A program made the translations under genes and the position numbers. Positions 25,293 to 35,834 of a DNA stretch of 59,332 nt are shown piece after piece. Below the pieces are notes generated by a model. It had not been told where the DNA came from. It saw only the letters and a program-made list of their open reading frames with translations, and did no database searches. The stretch's first letter is position 1; each line of letters opens with the position of its first letter. The DNA is from a virus (lineage: Duplodnaviria > Caudoviricetes). The stretch spans positions 1 to 59,332 of IMG/VR virus record IMGVR_UViG_3300036814_000177. One strand, written 5' to 3'.

Positions 25293-25754
25293 ATGGCTGC
25301 TTATACTGACACGGTTGGTTTTAACAAGGGGTCTGCCGCTAGCACGGCCTCCACCAACAACCGGGTCTACCTCCAGCAGGTGGACCTTGACTTCCCGGCT
25401 ATCGTCGCTGCTCGGTTGGCTGCGGGCTTAACGGCTCTTGCTGCTACCGACTCATTGGCGGTGCTGCACATCCCGGCCAAGACGCTTATCTTGGCGGCGG
25501 GTATCGACGTCACGACTGCCGAGACCACGTCAAGCACCCTTGATCTTGGCTACACCGGTGGTGATGTTGACGCTTGGGTTGACGGGCTTGATCCTACGTC
25601 TATCACCAGTGCGGTTGGGCTTGGTACGCTTATGACCACTGCGGTCTCTACCAACTACCACCACACTGCCGATACGCTTGATCTGCTGTTCTTGACGGCA
25701 CTTCAGGATACGTCGGTGATGCGTGTTTGGGCTGTCATGGTTGACTGCTCGTAA
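25293..25754 (+). CDS. Capsid decoration/cement-like protein
   Basis: The start is ATG 25293 after an AAGGA RBS (the track ORF starts at 25200). Beta-rich; follows the MCP. Confidence 0.65.
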   Translation: MAAYTDTVGFNKGSAASTASTNNRVYLQQVDLDFPAIVAARLAAGLTALAATDSLAVLHIPAKTLILAAGIDVTTAETTSSTLDLGYTGGDVDAWVDGLDPTSITSAVGLGTLMTTAVSTNYHHTADTLDLLFLTALQDTSVMRVWAVMVDCS

Positions 25755-25765
25755 ACAAGTTGGTT

Positions 25766-25783
25766 GGGGGGCTTCGGCCCCCC
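25766..25783 (+). terminator. GC hairpin with UUCG loop after the capsid genes (weak terminator or mRNA-stabilising stem)
   Basis: GGGGGGC-TTCG-GCCCCCC; there is no proper U-tract. Confidence 0.4.
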
Positions 25784-25806
25784 TCCCTCCAACTTAGGAG
25801 GTCACC

Positions 25807-26070
25807 ATGGCTATTATGGGTGTACCGGGTCGTTGGCTGCGCCATAAGACGGACGGCACGATTTATAATTATAATGAGGTTCTATGTAAGAACCCCGCTG
25901 TGGAGGAAGTCTCTGAGGAACTTGCGTTTCCTGAGAAGCACATCCCCAAGAAGCAGCAGGGGCGCAAGGTCAAAGTTGATCTATCCACCGACGAAGGCGC
26001 TATCAAGAAGGCCAAACCCAAGAAGGGTACGGGCCTGAAAATCAGCGCCACAGGCGGCAATAAGAAATGA
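25807..26070 (+). CDS. Hypothetical basic protein
   Basis: TAGGAGG RBS. Confidence 0.7.
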   Translation: MAIMGVPGRWLRHKTDGTIYNYNEVLCKNPAVEEVSEELAFPEKHIPKKQQGRKVKVDLSTDEGAIKKAKPKKGTGLKISATGGNKK

Positions 26071-26714
26071 TCTTGAATGCCATAATCACAACAGTCCGGC
26101 GGATCATCCAAGATGAGACGGCCACTTATCGGTACAGCGACGCGTTCCTCCTTGACCTCTGTAATCAAGGGCTGAAGCGGATACAGTTGCTGCGTCCGGA
26201 CCTGTTTTCTTATGTCAGCACCGTGGCGTGTACAGCAGGGGAGGTTATTCAAGCTGCCCCCAGCGACTCGCTGCGTATCATTGAGGTCTATTCCATTGTT
26301 GGGGGCACGGGGCTAGTCGAGGCGGACCGCGAAGTTCTCGATCAGACCATACCTACGTGGCCCAACGATACTGCAGGGGCTGCGATTAACTGGATGCGCC
26401 ATGTCCGGAACCCCAATAAGTTCTTCATATATCCGCAGGCTCCTGTTGCACAGAGCCTAGATATCGAGTATTCCCAAGTCCCAACCACCTATGATGGGAC
26501 GACTACAGTTACGCTTTTACCAGATGCGTATATACCTGCGCTAGTAGATGTTGTAGTATTTCTAGCAGAGTCAATTGATAATGAACACGTTACAAACGGG
26601 CGGGCTAAGATGTATAAAGACCTCTTCATGGCGGAGCTTGGTGCGACTACCGCTTCGCTTCCTGTCACAGATACTGAGAACGCTGGCCAACCCATTCAGG
26701 TTGAGGTGGTCTAA
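26067..26714 (+). CDS. Putative head-tail adaptor
   Basis: VRRIIQD...RYSDAFLL...LRPD and FFIYP motifs; located after the capsid genes. Confidence 0.7.
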   Translation: MILNAIITTVRRIIQDETATYRYSDAFLLDLCNQGLKRIQLLRPDLFSYVSTVACTAGEVIQAAPSDSLRIIEVYSIVGGTGLVEADREVLDQTIPTWPNDTAGAAINWMRHVRNPNKFFIYPQAPVAQSLDIEYSQVPTTYDGTTTVTLLPDAYIPALVDVVVFLAESIDNEHVTNGRAKMYKDLFMAELGATTASLPVTDTENAGQPIQVEVV

Positions 26715-27364
26715 TGGCAACACGATTATTCTCTGATCTAGTCAACCGCATCGCTCCAAGTGCGCCGGGTTGCCCGCAGCCTGTCGTACTCACGTATGTT
26801 CGCGCAGCGGCCATTGATGTGTGTGAGCGTACCAATGCGTGGAAATATGAACACGCCACGGTGACGATGACTGCTGGGACGTATGAGTATGCCTTTGTGC
26901 CGGAGTCCGGAGCCGAGGTGTATTCCATCCTCACGGCGAACATCAATGGTAATGCTATGTCGTCTGTCACTCTTGAGCATATGCACGATATGTACCCTAA
27001 GTATCCATCTAGTGTAGCGGCTGAGCGGGCAACACCTCGGTTTATAACCCAGATTAGCCCGATTACGTTTCATGTCGGGCTAGTACCTGATAACAGCACC
27101 GACACGATTAAGATGTTCGTCAGTGAGCGGCCTACCAAGGCCGCTACTGGTATGAACGAGGCCGTGATGGACGATCTGGAAGACGCCATAGTGCATGGCG
27201 CTCTACAACATCTTCTGACGCTTCCTGAACGGACATGGAGTGATACTGAGTTGGCTGCTTACCATGCGAAGCAGTTCATATTTAAAGTCACAGAGCGGCG
27301 GGCACGGGCTAACATCGGTGCGCAGCGGGCTGCGCCGACTGTACGTATGCAGTCGTGGGCTTAG
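26714..27364 (+). CDS. Putative second adaptor / tail structural protein
   Basis: PGCP...AAIDVCERT..W and IVHGAL motifs; TAATG coupling. Confidence 0.65.
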   Translation: MATRLFSDLVNRIAPSAPGCPQPVVLTYVRAAAIDVCERTNAWKYEHATVTMTAGTYEYAFVPESGAEVYSILTANINGNAMSSVTLEHMHDMYPKYPSSVAAERATPRFITQISPITFHVGLVPDNSTDTIKMFVSERPTKAATGMNEAVMDDLEDAIVHGALQHLLTLPERTWSDTELAAYHAKQFIFKVTERRARANIGAQRAAPTVRMQSWA

Positions 27365-27375
27365 GGAGTTAACTT

Positions 27376-29607
27376 ATGGCACAAGCACTATTCGCAAATA
27401 ACGCCTTTAGCCTGCTGGCTAGTGGGATCACTGACGCAGCGACCTCAATGACGGTTACGTCTTCTGATGGCGCACTGTTCCCCGCCGTTACAGGGTCGGA
27501 TTATTTTTACGTGACGTTGATCGACACCTCCAATAACTTGGAGATTGTTAAATGCACAGCGCGTTCAACTGACACGCTTACCATTGTTCGTGAGCAAGAG
27601 GGTACTACAGGCCGGGTTTACAGCGCTGGTGACCGGGTCGAACTACGTCTCACCGCAGCGGGCATCACTGAGGCAGACGGCTACGTTGGGCCTACGGATG
27701 AGAGCAGTGATACCACTACATTCCCGCTCTTTGTGAACGCCGCTACTGGGTCTCAGCTACCCCACACGGGGACCAACCTAACATTTAATTCCAATACGGG
27801 CGCGTTGGTGTCCACGAATTACGATGGTATTATTGGCGCTAGTAGTGCCGCTGCCGGATCATTTACTACGATTACAGGTAGCGGCGTTGCCTCTATCGAC
27901 GACACCACGGATACCACTAGCGGTACGTCTGGTTCTGTTCATACGGACGGCGGTGTCGGTATAGCCAAAAAACTCTATGTCGGCGGGACTGCGAAGGTTG
28001 TTGGTGTTCTTACAGCGGGTGATGATATTGTCTCCGATACTGACAGTACCGACGACCTCGGTACGACGGGAGTACGCTGGGCGAACCTATGGGTTGATGC
28101 CATTGCTGTGACAGACAACATTACCATCGGCGGTAATCTTACGGTTAATGGGACGACCACCACTGTTGATACCACCAACCTATTAGTGGAAGACCCGCTG
28201 ATCCTGCTGAACGATGGTTTAGTTAGTTCTGGCACTAACAATGCTGATCTCGGCCTTTATATGGCCCGAGGTGACGCTGACGCTGCGTTCGTTGGCTGGG
28301 ATGAGAGCGCTGATGTTATCGCGTTGGGCACTACCCCAACTGGTCATACGACGGCTGGAAATCTGGTAATCACCGACGCCCAGTTTACAGCGGCAGGTGC
28401 GACTTTCTCAGGAACATCTTCTAATCTCGGTACTGTTACGACGATAGATATCAATGGCGGAACGATTGATGGTACGGCTATCGGCGGCGCGGCCACGGCG
28501 GCTGGTGCGTTTACTACTGTTGACGGCACATTGGGCCATTTTACAACTAGTTTACAACTTGCTACGGGCGCGACAGTGACAGGTATCGAGGACAGTGACA
28601 CACTGAACGCCAATTCAGCCACTCTTCTCGCCACACAACAAAGTATTAAAGCCTATGTTGATAATCTAACTCCCGCCGCCGGTATCCAGATGACGTGGGC
28701 TACGGACGTGATTGACAATGATGAAGGTGTAGGGACCGTAAAGGCTGATAATGGTACGTTCGAGAGCATTGGGTTCCTCTACATCGACGATGTGGATGCT
28801 AACAGTTCTAGCATTAATACGTTTATCGATACTCTAGATGACCCTACTGCGGCTAACTCCGCGATTATTTACCTGACTAAAGCGGGTGCCACTACCACGG
28901 CCATGAAGGTATTCCGCGTTGACGGGGGAGTTGAGAGCAAAACTACCTATTCCAAAGTCGAAGTCACCGGACTTGTCGAAGTCGGTAGCTTCTCCGATGG
29001 CGATACGGTTGGGATGATAATTGCCTATTCGGGCGATAACGGTGCTGGGGATGGGACGGTTACTCAGATCAACGCTGGCGATGGTTTCTCGTTCTCCGCA
29101 ATAACCGGCACGGGCACCATTGCGGTAGACGGCAACCTCCAAGACCTCGACGCTTTAGGGGTAGTGGCCTCAGACGGCAAAATGATCGTTGGGACAGGTT
29201 CCGGGGCATACGCTTATGAGAGCGGCGCTACCCTACGGACTTCAATCGGTTGTCCAGCTTTAGCAGCGGTAAATACATTCACTAAGGCACAATCCGGTTC
29301 GATAACGGCCTTGTCAGATGGATCGACTATTGCTGTAGATTTAAGCCTGAATAATCATTTCAGCGTGACGTTGGGTGGCAATAGGGCGCTAGGTAATCCC
29401 AGCAATATTGTCGCTGGGACAAGCGGCAGTATTTTTATTACGCAAGATGGCACCGGTAGCCGTACACTTTCTTATAGCAGCTATTATGATTTTGCTGGGG
29501 GCACGGCTCCGACTCTAACGACTACCGCATCAAAGATAGACCGTATAGATTATATTGCCAGAACAACCACTTCACTTCATTGTGTGTTTACGGGAGATTT
29601 ATCGTGA
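27376..29607 (+). CDS. Tail fiber protein
   Basis: N-terminal anchor (ANNAFSLLASGIT...EIVKCTARSTDTLTIVREQEGT), fiber repeats (GNLTVNGTTTTV) and a C-terminal QDGTGSRTL domain. Confidence 0.85.
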   Translation: MAQALFANNAFSLLASGITDAATSMTVTSSDGALFPAVTGSDYFYVTLIDTSNNLEIVKCTARSTDTLTIVREQEGTTGRVYSAGDRVELRLTAAGITEADGYVGPTDESSDTTTFPLFVNAATGSQLPHTGTNLTFNSNTGALVSTNYDGIIGASSAAAGSFTTITGSGVASIDDTTDTTSGTSGSVHTDGGVGIAKKLYVGGTAKVVGVLTAGDDIVSDTDSTDDLGTTGVRWANLWVDAIAVTDNITIGGNLTVNGTTTTVDTTNLLVEDPLILLNDGLVSSGTNNADLGLYMARGDADAAFVGWDESADVIALGTTPTGHTTAGNLVITDAQFTAAGATFSGTSSNLGTVTTIDINGGTIDGTAIGGAATAAGAFTTVDGTLGHFTTSLQLATGATVTGIEDSDTLNANSATLLATQQSIKAYVDNLTPAAGIQMTWATDVIDNDEGVGTVKADNGTFESIGFLYIDDVDANSSSINTFIDTLDDPTAANSAIIYLTKAGATTTAMKVFRVDGGVESKTTYSKVEVTGLVEVGSFSDGDTVGMIIAYSGDNGAGDGTVTQINAGDGFSFSAITGTGTIAVDGNLQDLDALGVVASDGKMIVGTGSGAYAYESGATLRTSIGCPALAAVNTFTKAQSGSITALSDGSTIAVDLSLNNHFSVTLGGNRALGNPSNIVAGTSGSIFITQDGTGSRTLSYSSYYDFAGGTAPTLTTTASKIDRIDYIARTTTSLHCVFTGDLS

Positions 29608-30209
29608 GCAAAGTAGCCAAGATCAATGATGATGGCGCTGTAATCGCTGTTCACAATCCTCGCCCTGTAACAGACGATAACGGCATCCAGCATCCTCGCA
29701 ATATCTTTCAGCTTTGGACGGATGAGGAATTGAACGCTATCGGATATGCAAGGTTCGATGAAGAGAACGTCCCGTCCGACAAGCGGTCAACTGGTACTAC
29801 AGATACGTTTGAGGGGGGTAAAGTATTCCGAAGCCACACCACTAAGGATTATGTCCCGCCTCCTCCCCCACCTGATCCAGAACCCACTATAGAAGACCCC
29901 GACAACCCAGCGTACACAGAAGACGTTCCAGCGGTGATGGAAGACGTTCCAGCAGTTATGTCTGAAGATGGTGAGGAAGTTATTACTCCAGCCACTACGC
30001 GAGAAGCCACTCCAGCCACGACTATAGATCACCCTGCCGGAACATTGCCTAATCCAGACTACGATTATGTCGCACTAAGACTTCGCGACTATCCCGCCTT
30101 GGACGATCTGAGCGTTGCAATCTGGGAGAAAGTAGTCGAGGACAGGCCAGAGGCAGCGGCTGAATTGCAGACAGCCAGAGAAATCGTGAAGGTACGCTTT
30201 CCGAAATGA
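29604..30209 (+). CDS. Tail fiber-associated (assembly/chaperone-like) protein
   Basis: GTG 29604 after GGGAG. NGIQHPRNIFQLWT..EL..IG and C-terminal R..DYP...VKVRFPK, with a Pro-rich repeat linker. Confidence 0.6.
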   Translation: MSKVAKINDDGAVIAVHNPRPVTDDNGIQHPRNIFQLWTDEELNAIGYARFDEENVPSDKRSTGTTDTFEGGKVFRSHTTKDYVPPPPPPDPEPTIEDPDNPAYTEDVPAVMEDVPAVMSEDGEEVITPATTREATPATTIDHPAGTLPNPDYDYVALRLRDYPALDDLSVAIWEKVVEDRPEAAAELQTAREIVKVRFPK

Positions 30210-33200
30210 GCGTAATCAATTCAGATAGTGTCAGGGCTGGTGCGTCTGGAGTCGTTTCCGGCTACACCATCGAACAATCGTGCCGTTCCAATTACGATGA
30301 CAGCGCATACTTGTCACGGACGCCACGGGTTGCGGGGAACCGTAGGACTTGGACATACTCTGTATGGTTCAAGCGGGGTAATACCACCTCTGTTCAAAAC
30401 CTGTTCAACGCCGGGGCTAGTGAAGATATCGCTATCAACGCCGCTGACCAACTCATAATGAACATGGGAACTTGTAACTATATTTCTACACAGTTATTTC
30501 GTGACCCTTCGGCTTGGTTTCACTTGATAGTTGCGGTGGACACCACCCAATCTACGGCGGCTAGTCGTGTACGGTTCTATGGTAATGGTACGGAGATTAC
30601 CGCTTTCGGCACTGAAACCAACCCTGCACAGAATGAAGAATTAGCTGTTAACTCGGCAACCCTCCACACTGTAGGAGCCAATGAGGGTGGAACTGAAGAG
30701 TGGGACGGCTACATGGCCGATGTCCACTTCATCGACGGCCAGCAACTAGCCGCCAGCGATTTCGGTGAGAGCGATGCGAATGGGAATTGGATTCCGAAAG
30801 AATACTCGGCTGGTATCGTTGGAAGTGCTGCTACTGCTACTTTTGCTGGCGGCACTACCGATGCAACAGATGGGTCGGCAGGGACATATACTTTCTCTAA
30901 TCACGCGATAGGAACCGATACTGGCACACGAAAAGTCTTAGTAGCCATAAGCCTTGATGGTAAACAAGGTGATGAGCAAATCACTGGGGTTACGATTGAC
31001 GGAGACACCGCTACTCAAGTTATAAATAGCGACGGTGCGTCGGCGGGCCGACCTACTGATATGTGGATCGCTGATGTTCTATCAGGGGGAACCACAGGCG
31101 ACATTGTTATTACATTTACTTCCGGCGGGTTGGGAACCTATGGCGTAGGAATTGGTGTTTGGGCTTTGGAGGGTGTTTCTAGTTCTCCTTATGACGTTAT
31201 TGTTAATAATAGTACTAACCCCGGTACAGGTACTATAGATTGCCCCGCTGGTGGTGTTATAATAGCTTCTGAAATGAAGGCCAATGCATCTGGCTCACCT
31301 ACTACGGTGTGGACGGGTCTTACTGAAAGATATGATGCCGAGGTAGACAGCGGCAGAATGTCGGTTTCCGGTGCTTCAGATGCCTTCTCGGCCAAGCAAA
31401 CAGGCTTAACTGTAACAGCCACTAGAACCGCGACAGGAGATAGCCAGTGGGCCTTTAATGTTGTTTCCTTCGGCCCTGTCGATGAAACCTACGGCACAAA
31501 CGGCTTCCACCTCGACTACGCGGATAGTTCGCACTTTGGGTATGACATTCAGACAAACCTTCGTAGTTCAACGGAGCAAGACTTCCTGCAAGATATTACC
31601 GATGCCAGTCTGACCACTGATCTAAAACTCTGCTTGGATGCTGGAGATAGCGCGTCTTACACTAGCGGTACAAGCTGGCTGGATCAGTCTGGTGGTGGGT
31701 ATGACTTCTTCTTTGGTGCAGACGCCGGGGCTTCTACGGATGACCCAACATTTAACGGCGCGGCTGGTGGGTTAAGCCTTTCTGAATATATGTCGTTTGA
31801 TGGTGGAGATTTATTTAAATACGACACCACCACAGAAGGGTGGATGGACAACCTCCACCAAGATAACGCGCTATTCACTATAGCAGCATGGGTGTGGATA
31901 CCTGCATCAGCAGCCGAGCAGTATTATGTTTCAACAACGGGTTCTGGGTTCTTTACTGGTATTTACTTCTATAGCAACGGCACGGAGAACCCCGTCTTTG
32001 CCGCAAGACATGGGTCGGGGAACGCTCTTACTGTTACAGCAGACACGGCCTTAACTACCGGAGCGTGGAATTTTATAGCCATTTCGATAGACGAAGCAAC
32101 AGGTGCAGGTGGCGGTTTCTTCTATGTAAACGGAGACTACTCGCAAGTCAGTTCCGCAGACACGTTTACCGCTACTTACTCGACCCCATCTTCTAGTGCT
32201 GCCGCAAGCCCGATGATACTTGGGGCTAGGACAGGTGGCGGGTTTTTACAGAGTACGGCTAAGATGGCAGGGATGATGATTTGGGAGGGGGGAACTGCTA
32301 TAACCAAAGCCAACCTCGACACCCTTTACGCAAGCACCAAGGAACGCTTCGAGGAATTTGAAGACAGCGGCCTCGCCACCAACGACCAAGTAACCGACAG
32401 CCCCACGGATGATGCTGATAATGGGGTGGGGAATTACTGTACCCTTAATCCCTTGGATTTTGCCGGAGGAATTACCCTTTCAAACGGAAATCTACAAGTG
32501 GTACTCGGCAACGATGACGGCATACGAGGGACACAGTTTTTTGATGCCAACGATGCTGATGGGTATTATTGGGAGGTCATACCCAGCGCCGTTAGTACGA
32601 GTAATACCAGATGCGGAGTGGCTACTGCTGATGCCGATATAAGCACAGATAGCCCACTCACAGGTTTATACGTGTATATTCATAACGGAGATAAGATTGC
32701 CGCCGCCGCGCAAACAACTTATGGCGATGCTTGGACAACGAGCGAAGTCATTGGCGTCTTTCTCAAAGCTGGAACGCTTGAAATGTTTAATCAAGGCATT
32801 TCTCAAGGGAACCTTGCCACAGGAATTACAGGGCTAGTTGCCCCCGTGCTACAGGATAGAAACACAGGGTCTACTTTGGCTATTAATTTTGGTCAACAAC
32901 CCTTTGTGCGTACTCCCCCAACAGGCGCAAAGCGCCTTTACACCGCAAGTATGGCTGCACCTGACGTACCTGACCCAAGCAAATATTACCAAGAGGAAAA
33001 CTTCACCGGTACAGGTGCGGAGTTGGCAAGGACGCTGACGGATGGTGGTGGCGCGGCTTTCTCTCCTGACCTTGTTATTTGTCGGGAAACTGAAACCTCT
33101 TCTATGGATCACAACATGATCGACACCACCAGAGGGGCAACAAAGGAATTTGCCTTTGGTGAGGATGAGGCGGCGTCCACTGTGGCCCAAGGACTTAAAT

Positions 33201-33967
33201 CATTTGATAGTTCTGGCGTAACTCTTGGGACAGCGGTGGATTACAACCGGTTGTCTACCCTATGTAGTCTAAACGCTTGGGTGGAAGGAACACTCCCCGG
33301 CTTTGAGATTATAACGTGGACAGGAACAGCCGCAGAAAAGACCATCACACATAACCTCGGTGTAGCCCCTGCTTGCATCTGGGCTAGGAATGTCACCGAC
33401 AGCGTTAATACCACAATGTACCATCAGAGCTTAAATGGTGGTACAACTCCAGAGAACTTCCGTTTGGAGTTAGGTGCTACGGGAGAAGCGGATGACGATA
33501 CCGTGTGGTTCGATTATGCTCCTACAAGTGCCAACTTTAAAGTCGGGGCCAGTAACCTGACCAACGGCGACGGCGACACGATAATCGCTTACGTCTTTGC
33601 GGAAGTCCCCGGCTTCAGTTCCTTCGGGAGTTATGTCGGCAACGGCAACCCCGTTGGCCCCTTCGTATTTACAAATTACCGTCCTCGTTTTGTATTAACT
33701 AAGAGGCGGGACGGTTCTGCTCACCAACCTGTCATTACGCCGAGTGAGTGGTCAGGCCACAGCGGAGGAGGTAACACTACAAGTGGTTCGGACCTTGTAG
33801 ACGGCCAACTCTTGGACACCGCAAGGGAGATGGATTATCTCGCCAACGGGTTCAAGATCAGGGATGCTGATAATACAATCAACGGCTCTGGTTTTAACAT
33901 GGTGTACTGTTCCTTCGCTCACTGGCCATTCGGCGGCGACGGTGTTAGCCAAGCACGGGCGAGGTAG
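30206..33967 (+). CDS. Multi-domain receptor-binding protein (LamG/concanavalin-like and SPRY-like domains)
   Basis: TWTYSVWFKR, FRDPSAWFHLIVAVDTTQ, YGTNGFHL, DSPT..NYCTLNP, YYWEV, NFGQ and GFSSFGSYVGNG. Confidence 0.8.
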   Translation: MSVINSDSVRAGASGVVSGYTIEQSCRSNYDDSAYLSRTPRVAGNRRTWTYSVWFKRGNTTSVQNLFNAGASEDIAINAADQLIMNMGTCNYISTQLFRDPSAWFHLIVAVDTTQSTAASRVRFYGNGTEITAFGTETNPAQNEELAVNSATLHTVGANEGGTEEWDGYMADVHFIDGQQLAASDFGESDANGNWIPKEYSAGIVGSAATATFAGGTTDATDGSAGTYTFSNHAIGTDTGTRKVLVAISLDGKQGDEQITGVTIDGDTATQVINSDGASAGRPTDMWIADVLSGGTTGDIVITFTSGGLGTYGVGIGVWALEGVSSSPYDVIVNNSTNPGTGTIDCPAGGVIIASEMKANASGSPTTVWTGLTERYDAEVDSGRMSVSGASDAFSAKQTGLTVTATRTATGDSQWAFNVVSFGPVDETYGTNGFHLDYADSSHFGYDIQTNLRSSTEQDFLQDITDASLTTDLKLCLDAGDSASYTSGTSWLDQSGGGYDFFFGADAGASTDDPTFNGAAGGLSLSEYMSFDGGDLFKYDTTTEGWMDNLHQDNALFTIAAWVWIPASAAEQYYVSTTGSGFFTGIYFYSNGTENPVFAARHGSGNALTVTADTALTTGAWNFIAISIDEATGAGGGFFYVNGDYSQVSSADTFTATYSTPSSSAAASPMILGARTGGGFLQSTAKMAGMMIWEGGTAITKANLDTLYASTKERFEEFEDSGLATNDQVTDSPTDDADNGVGNYCTLNPLDFAGGITLSNGNLQVVLGNDDGIRGTQFFDANDADGYYWEVIPSAVSTSNTRCGVATADADISTDSPLTGLYVYIHNGDKIAAAAQTTYGDAWTTSEVIGVFLKAGTLEMFNQGISQGNLATGITGLVAPVLQDRNTGSTLAINFGQQPFVRTPPTGAKRLYTASMAAPDVPDPSKYYQEENFTGTGAELARTLTDGGGAAFSPDLVICRETETSSMDHNMIDTTRGATKEFAFGEDEAASTVAQGLKSFDSSGVTLGTAVDYNRLSTLCSLNAWVEGTLPGFEIITWTGTAAEKTITHNLGVAPACIWARNVTDSVNTTMYHQSLNGGTTPENFRLELGATGEADDDTVWFDYAPTSANFKVGASNLTNGDGDTIIAYVFAEVPGFSSFGSYVGNGNPVGPFVFTNYRPRFVLTKRRDGSAHQPVITPSEWSGHSGGGNTTSGSDLVDGQLLDTAREMDYLANGFKIRDADNTINGSGFNMVYCSFAHWPFGGDGVSQARAR

Positions 33968-33974
33968 AACTGTC

Positions 33975-34181
33975 ATGAATAAAGTTACAGACATCGTGCA
34001 AGAAATGTCGGCTGAAACCGCCGGGAAAATTAGTATTGGCATAGGCGGCGGTGGCGTGACTTTGCAGCTCATAACTGAGTATACCAGCCTGTTCATTCTG
34101 TTCGGAAATGGTCTGTTGGTGGCGGCTGGCCTGTTTCTCGTGAGTTATAAAATCCGTGAGCAATGGAACAAAAATGGATGA
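33975..34181 (+). CDS. Holin-like membrane protein
   Basis: The likely start is ATG 33975 after GAGG. Hydrophobic segments and a basic C-terminus. Confidence 0.5.
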   Translation: MNKVTDIVQEMSAETAGKISIGIGGGGVTLQLITEYTSLFILFGNGLLVAAGLFLVSYKIREQWNKNG

Positions 34182-34326
34182 GATACTGAAATGGTGGCCG
34201 ATTATTACGTTTGCGATCCTAGTGGTACTGGCGATTGGCGCACATCATGAGAAAATTAAGACGATGGAGCTTAAACTTATCGAGTTATTTAAGCTTTGGA
34301 ACACAGATCGTACAGATAAGAAGTGA
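34174..34326 (+). CDS. Small single-TM protein (50 aa)
   Basis: MDEILKWWPIITFAILVVLAIGAHHEKIKTMELKL... fills the gap with overlaps. Confidence 0.6.
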   Translation: MDEILKWWPIITFAILVVLAIGAHHEKIKTMELKLIELFKLWNTDRTDKK

Positions 34327-34664
34327 TAATGTTCAAACTGATTCCGGTTCTTATGTTACTGATAACAGGTTGCGCAGCGGCTGATGCCGATTTGCCCACA
34401 CCTGTTATCGGCAATATTATAACGCTAAAGCCAAATCAATGTATGCCGACCAGAATTCTGGGGCCGTTGCTATCTCAGGAATACGGCGAAAAATTAACGG
34501 CGTCAGGTGTTCTTCAAGCCGCAAACATTCCGCTTATAATGATGCTGTTCACTTCTAAAGCTGGCTCATGGACGGTGACTACGACTTCACAAGAAGGACT
34601 TACTTGCGTCTTGATTTGGGGCGAAAACTACAAGGTTAATGCACCACCGGGGGAGAAGATCTAA
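34323..34664 (+). CDS. Putative lipoprotein
   Basis: Signal peptide with lipobox ITGC; GSWT...TCVL..G motif. Confidence 0.55.
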   Translation: MIMFKLIPVLMLLITGCAAADADLPTPVIGNIITLKPNQCMPTRILGPLLSQEYGEKLTASGVLQAANIPLIMMLFTSKAGSWTVTTTSQEGLTCVLIWGENYKVNAPPGEKI

Positions 34665-34897
34665 TGACAGAAAAATTATTGCTGATGATGGTTGTCTTAT
34701 TAATCTCTGGCTGTGCCTTTCTGCCAACCCCGCTGGCGTGGCTAAATTACGCACGGTTGGGCTATGACGTGAACCAAATGGCTGTAGGTGACTCTACTAC
34801 GTCAGACGTTATACTTTCGTCGTCCGTGGACATGGACTGCAAACTCTTGAATGCTCTGGACGGTGAGGCCATTTGCGTAAAGGGGCCGAAGGGGTGA
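34664..34897 (+). CDS. Putative lipoprotein
   Basis: Signal peptide with lipobox ISGC. Confidence 0.6.
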   Translation: MTEKLLLMMVVLLISGCAFLPTPLAWLNYARLGYDVNQMAVGDSTTSDVILSSSVDMDCKLLNALDGEAICVKGPKG

Positions 34898-34967
34898 AAA
34901 TGATCACTTTTATTTTAACCGTGACGGGTGTCGGCCATGCTCTCTTTTTTGGCCTTACATTTCCACT

Positions 34968-35366
34968 ATGACGCTGGTGATTTATGACCATTGGACACAG
35001 GTTCCACGCACACACACAGCATGGCCTTGGGAGCATTTCAAGCCTAAAGAGATGGCGTGTCGTGGTACGGGAAAACTTACAGTTGAACCTCGATTGCTTG
35101 GTTACCTTGATCTTTTGCGCGGGCGTTTTGGCAGTCCTCTTACTGTACTCAGTGCTTATCGTTCTCCCTACCACAATGCTAAAGTGGGCGGCGCACCGTT
35201 TAGCTCTCATCTCAAAGCTGTAGCAGTAGATTTATCGATAGTTGGACAGGACAAAAAACAGATGGAACGGCTTGCAAAAGAAGTAGGGTTTACAGGGTTT
35301 GGTTACTATCGAACCTTCCTACATATCGACCTTGGACGGCCTCGTTTTTGGGGAAGGAGAAATTAG
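34968..35366 (+). CDS. Endolysin, peptidase M15 family
   Basis: SAYRS..HN..VGGA..SSH...AVD and FLHID zinc-binding motifs. Confidence 0.9.
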   Translation: MTLVIYDHWTQVPRTHTAWPWEHFKPKEMACRGTGKLTVEPRLLGYLDLLRGRFGSPLTVLSAYRSPYHNAKVGGAPFSSHLKAVAVDLSIVGQDKKQMERLAKEVGFTGFGYYRTFLHIDLGRPRFWGRRN

Positions 35367-35822
35367 ATGTTTGATCTTTTAGGGACCGTTATGACTGGCG
35401 GTTTAACTGGTGTTATCGGTAGCGTCATTGGCAAAGCCTTCAGTTTCCTTGATGCGTGGCAAAAGGAAAAGGCTGCGGATAGTGAACATGGAAGAACACT
35501 TGAACTCCTTGAGCTACAGAATAAAATCGGCGCAGAGGAGAGCGAAAGGGAGATGGAAATCGCCCAAGCAAAGATTGATGCCGATTCTCGTGTGGCGTCC
35601 TACAGCCACGACTCTATGGGTGGTACAAGTTCTGGCTGGGTCACTGACTGTTTACGCTTGGTGCGCCCTGTGCTTACATTTTCTCTCATTGTTTTAGTAG
35701 GCATCTTGTATTTTAAGGCCATCCCAGCCGGTAGAGCGACGATTGAGGCATCTGTGATATACATGTGTTCGTCATCCGTGCTATGGTGGTTCGGGGATAG
35801 GGCCATGAGGTCTAAGAAATAA
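35367..35822 (+). CDS. Holin-like membrane protein (3TM type)
   Basis: LVRPVLT and WWFGDR motifs; hydrophobic segments; follows the endolysin. Confidence 0.7.
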   Translation: MFDLLGTVMTGGLTGVIGSVIGKAFSFLDAWQKEKAADSEHGRTLELLELQNKIGAEESEREMEIAQAKIDADSRVASYSHDSMGGTSSGWVTDCLRLVRPVLTFSLIVLVGILYFKAIPAGRATIEASVIYMCSSSVLWWFGDRAMRSKK

Positions 35823-35834
35823 AAGGAGATTGCT

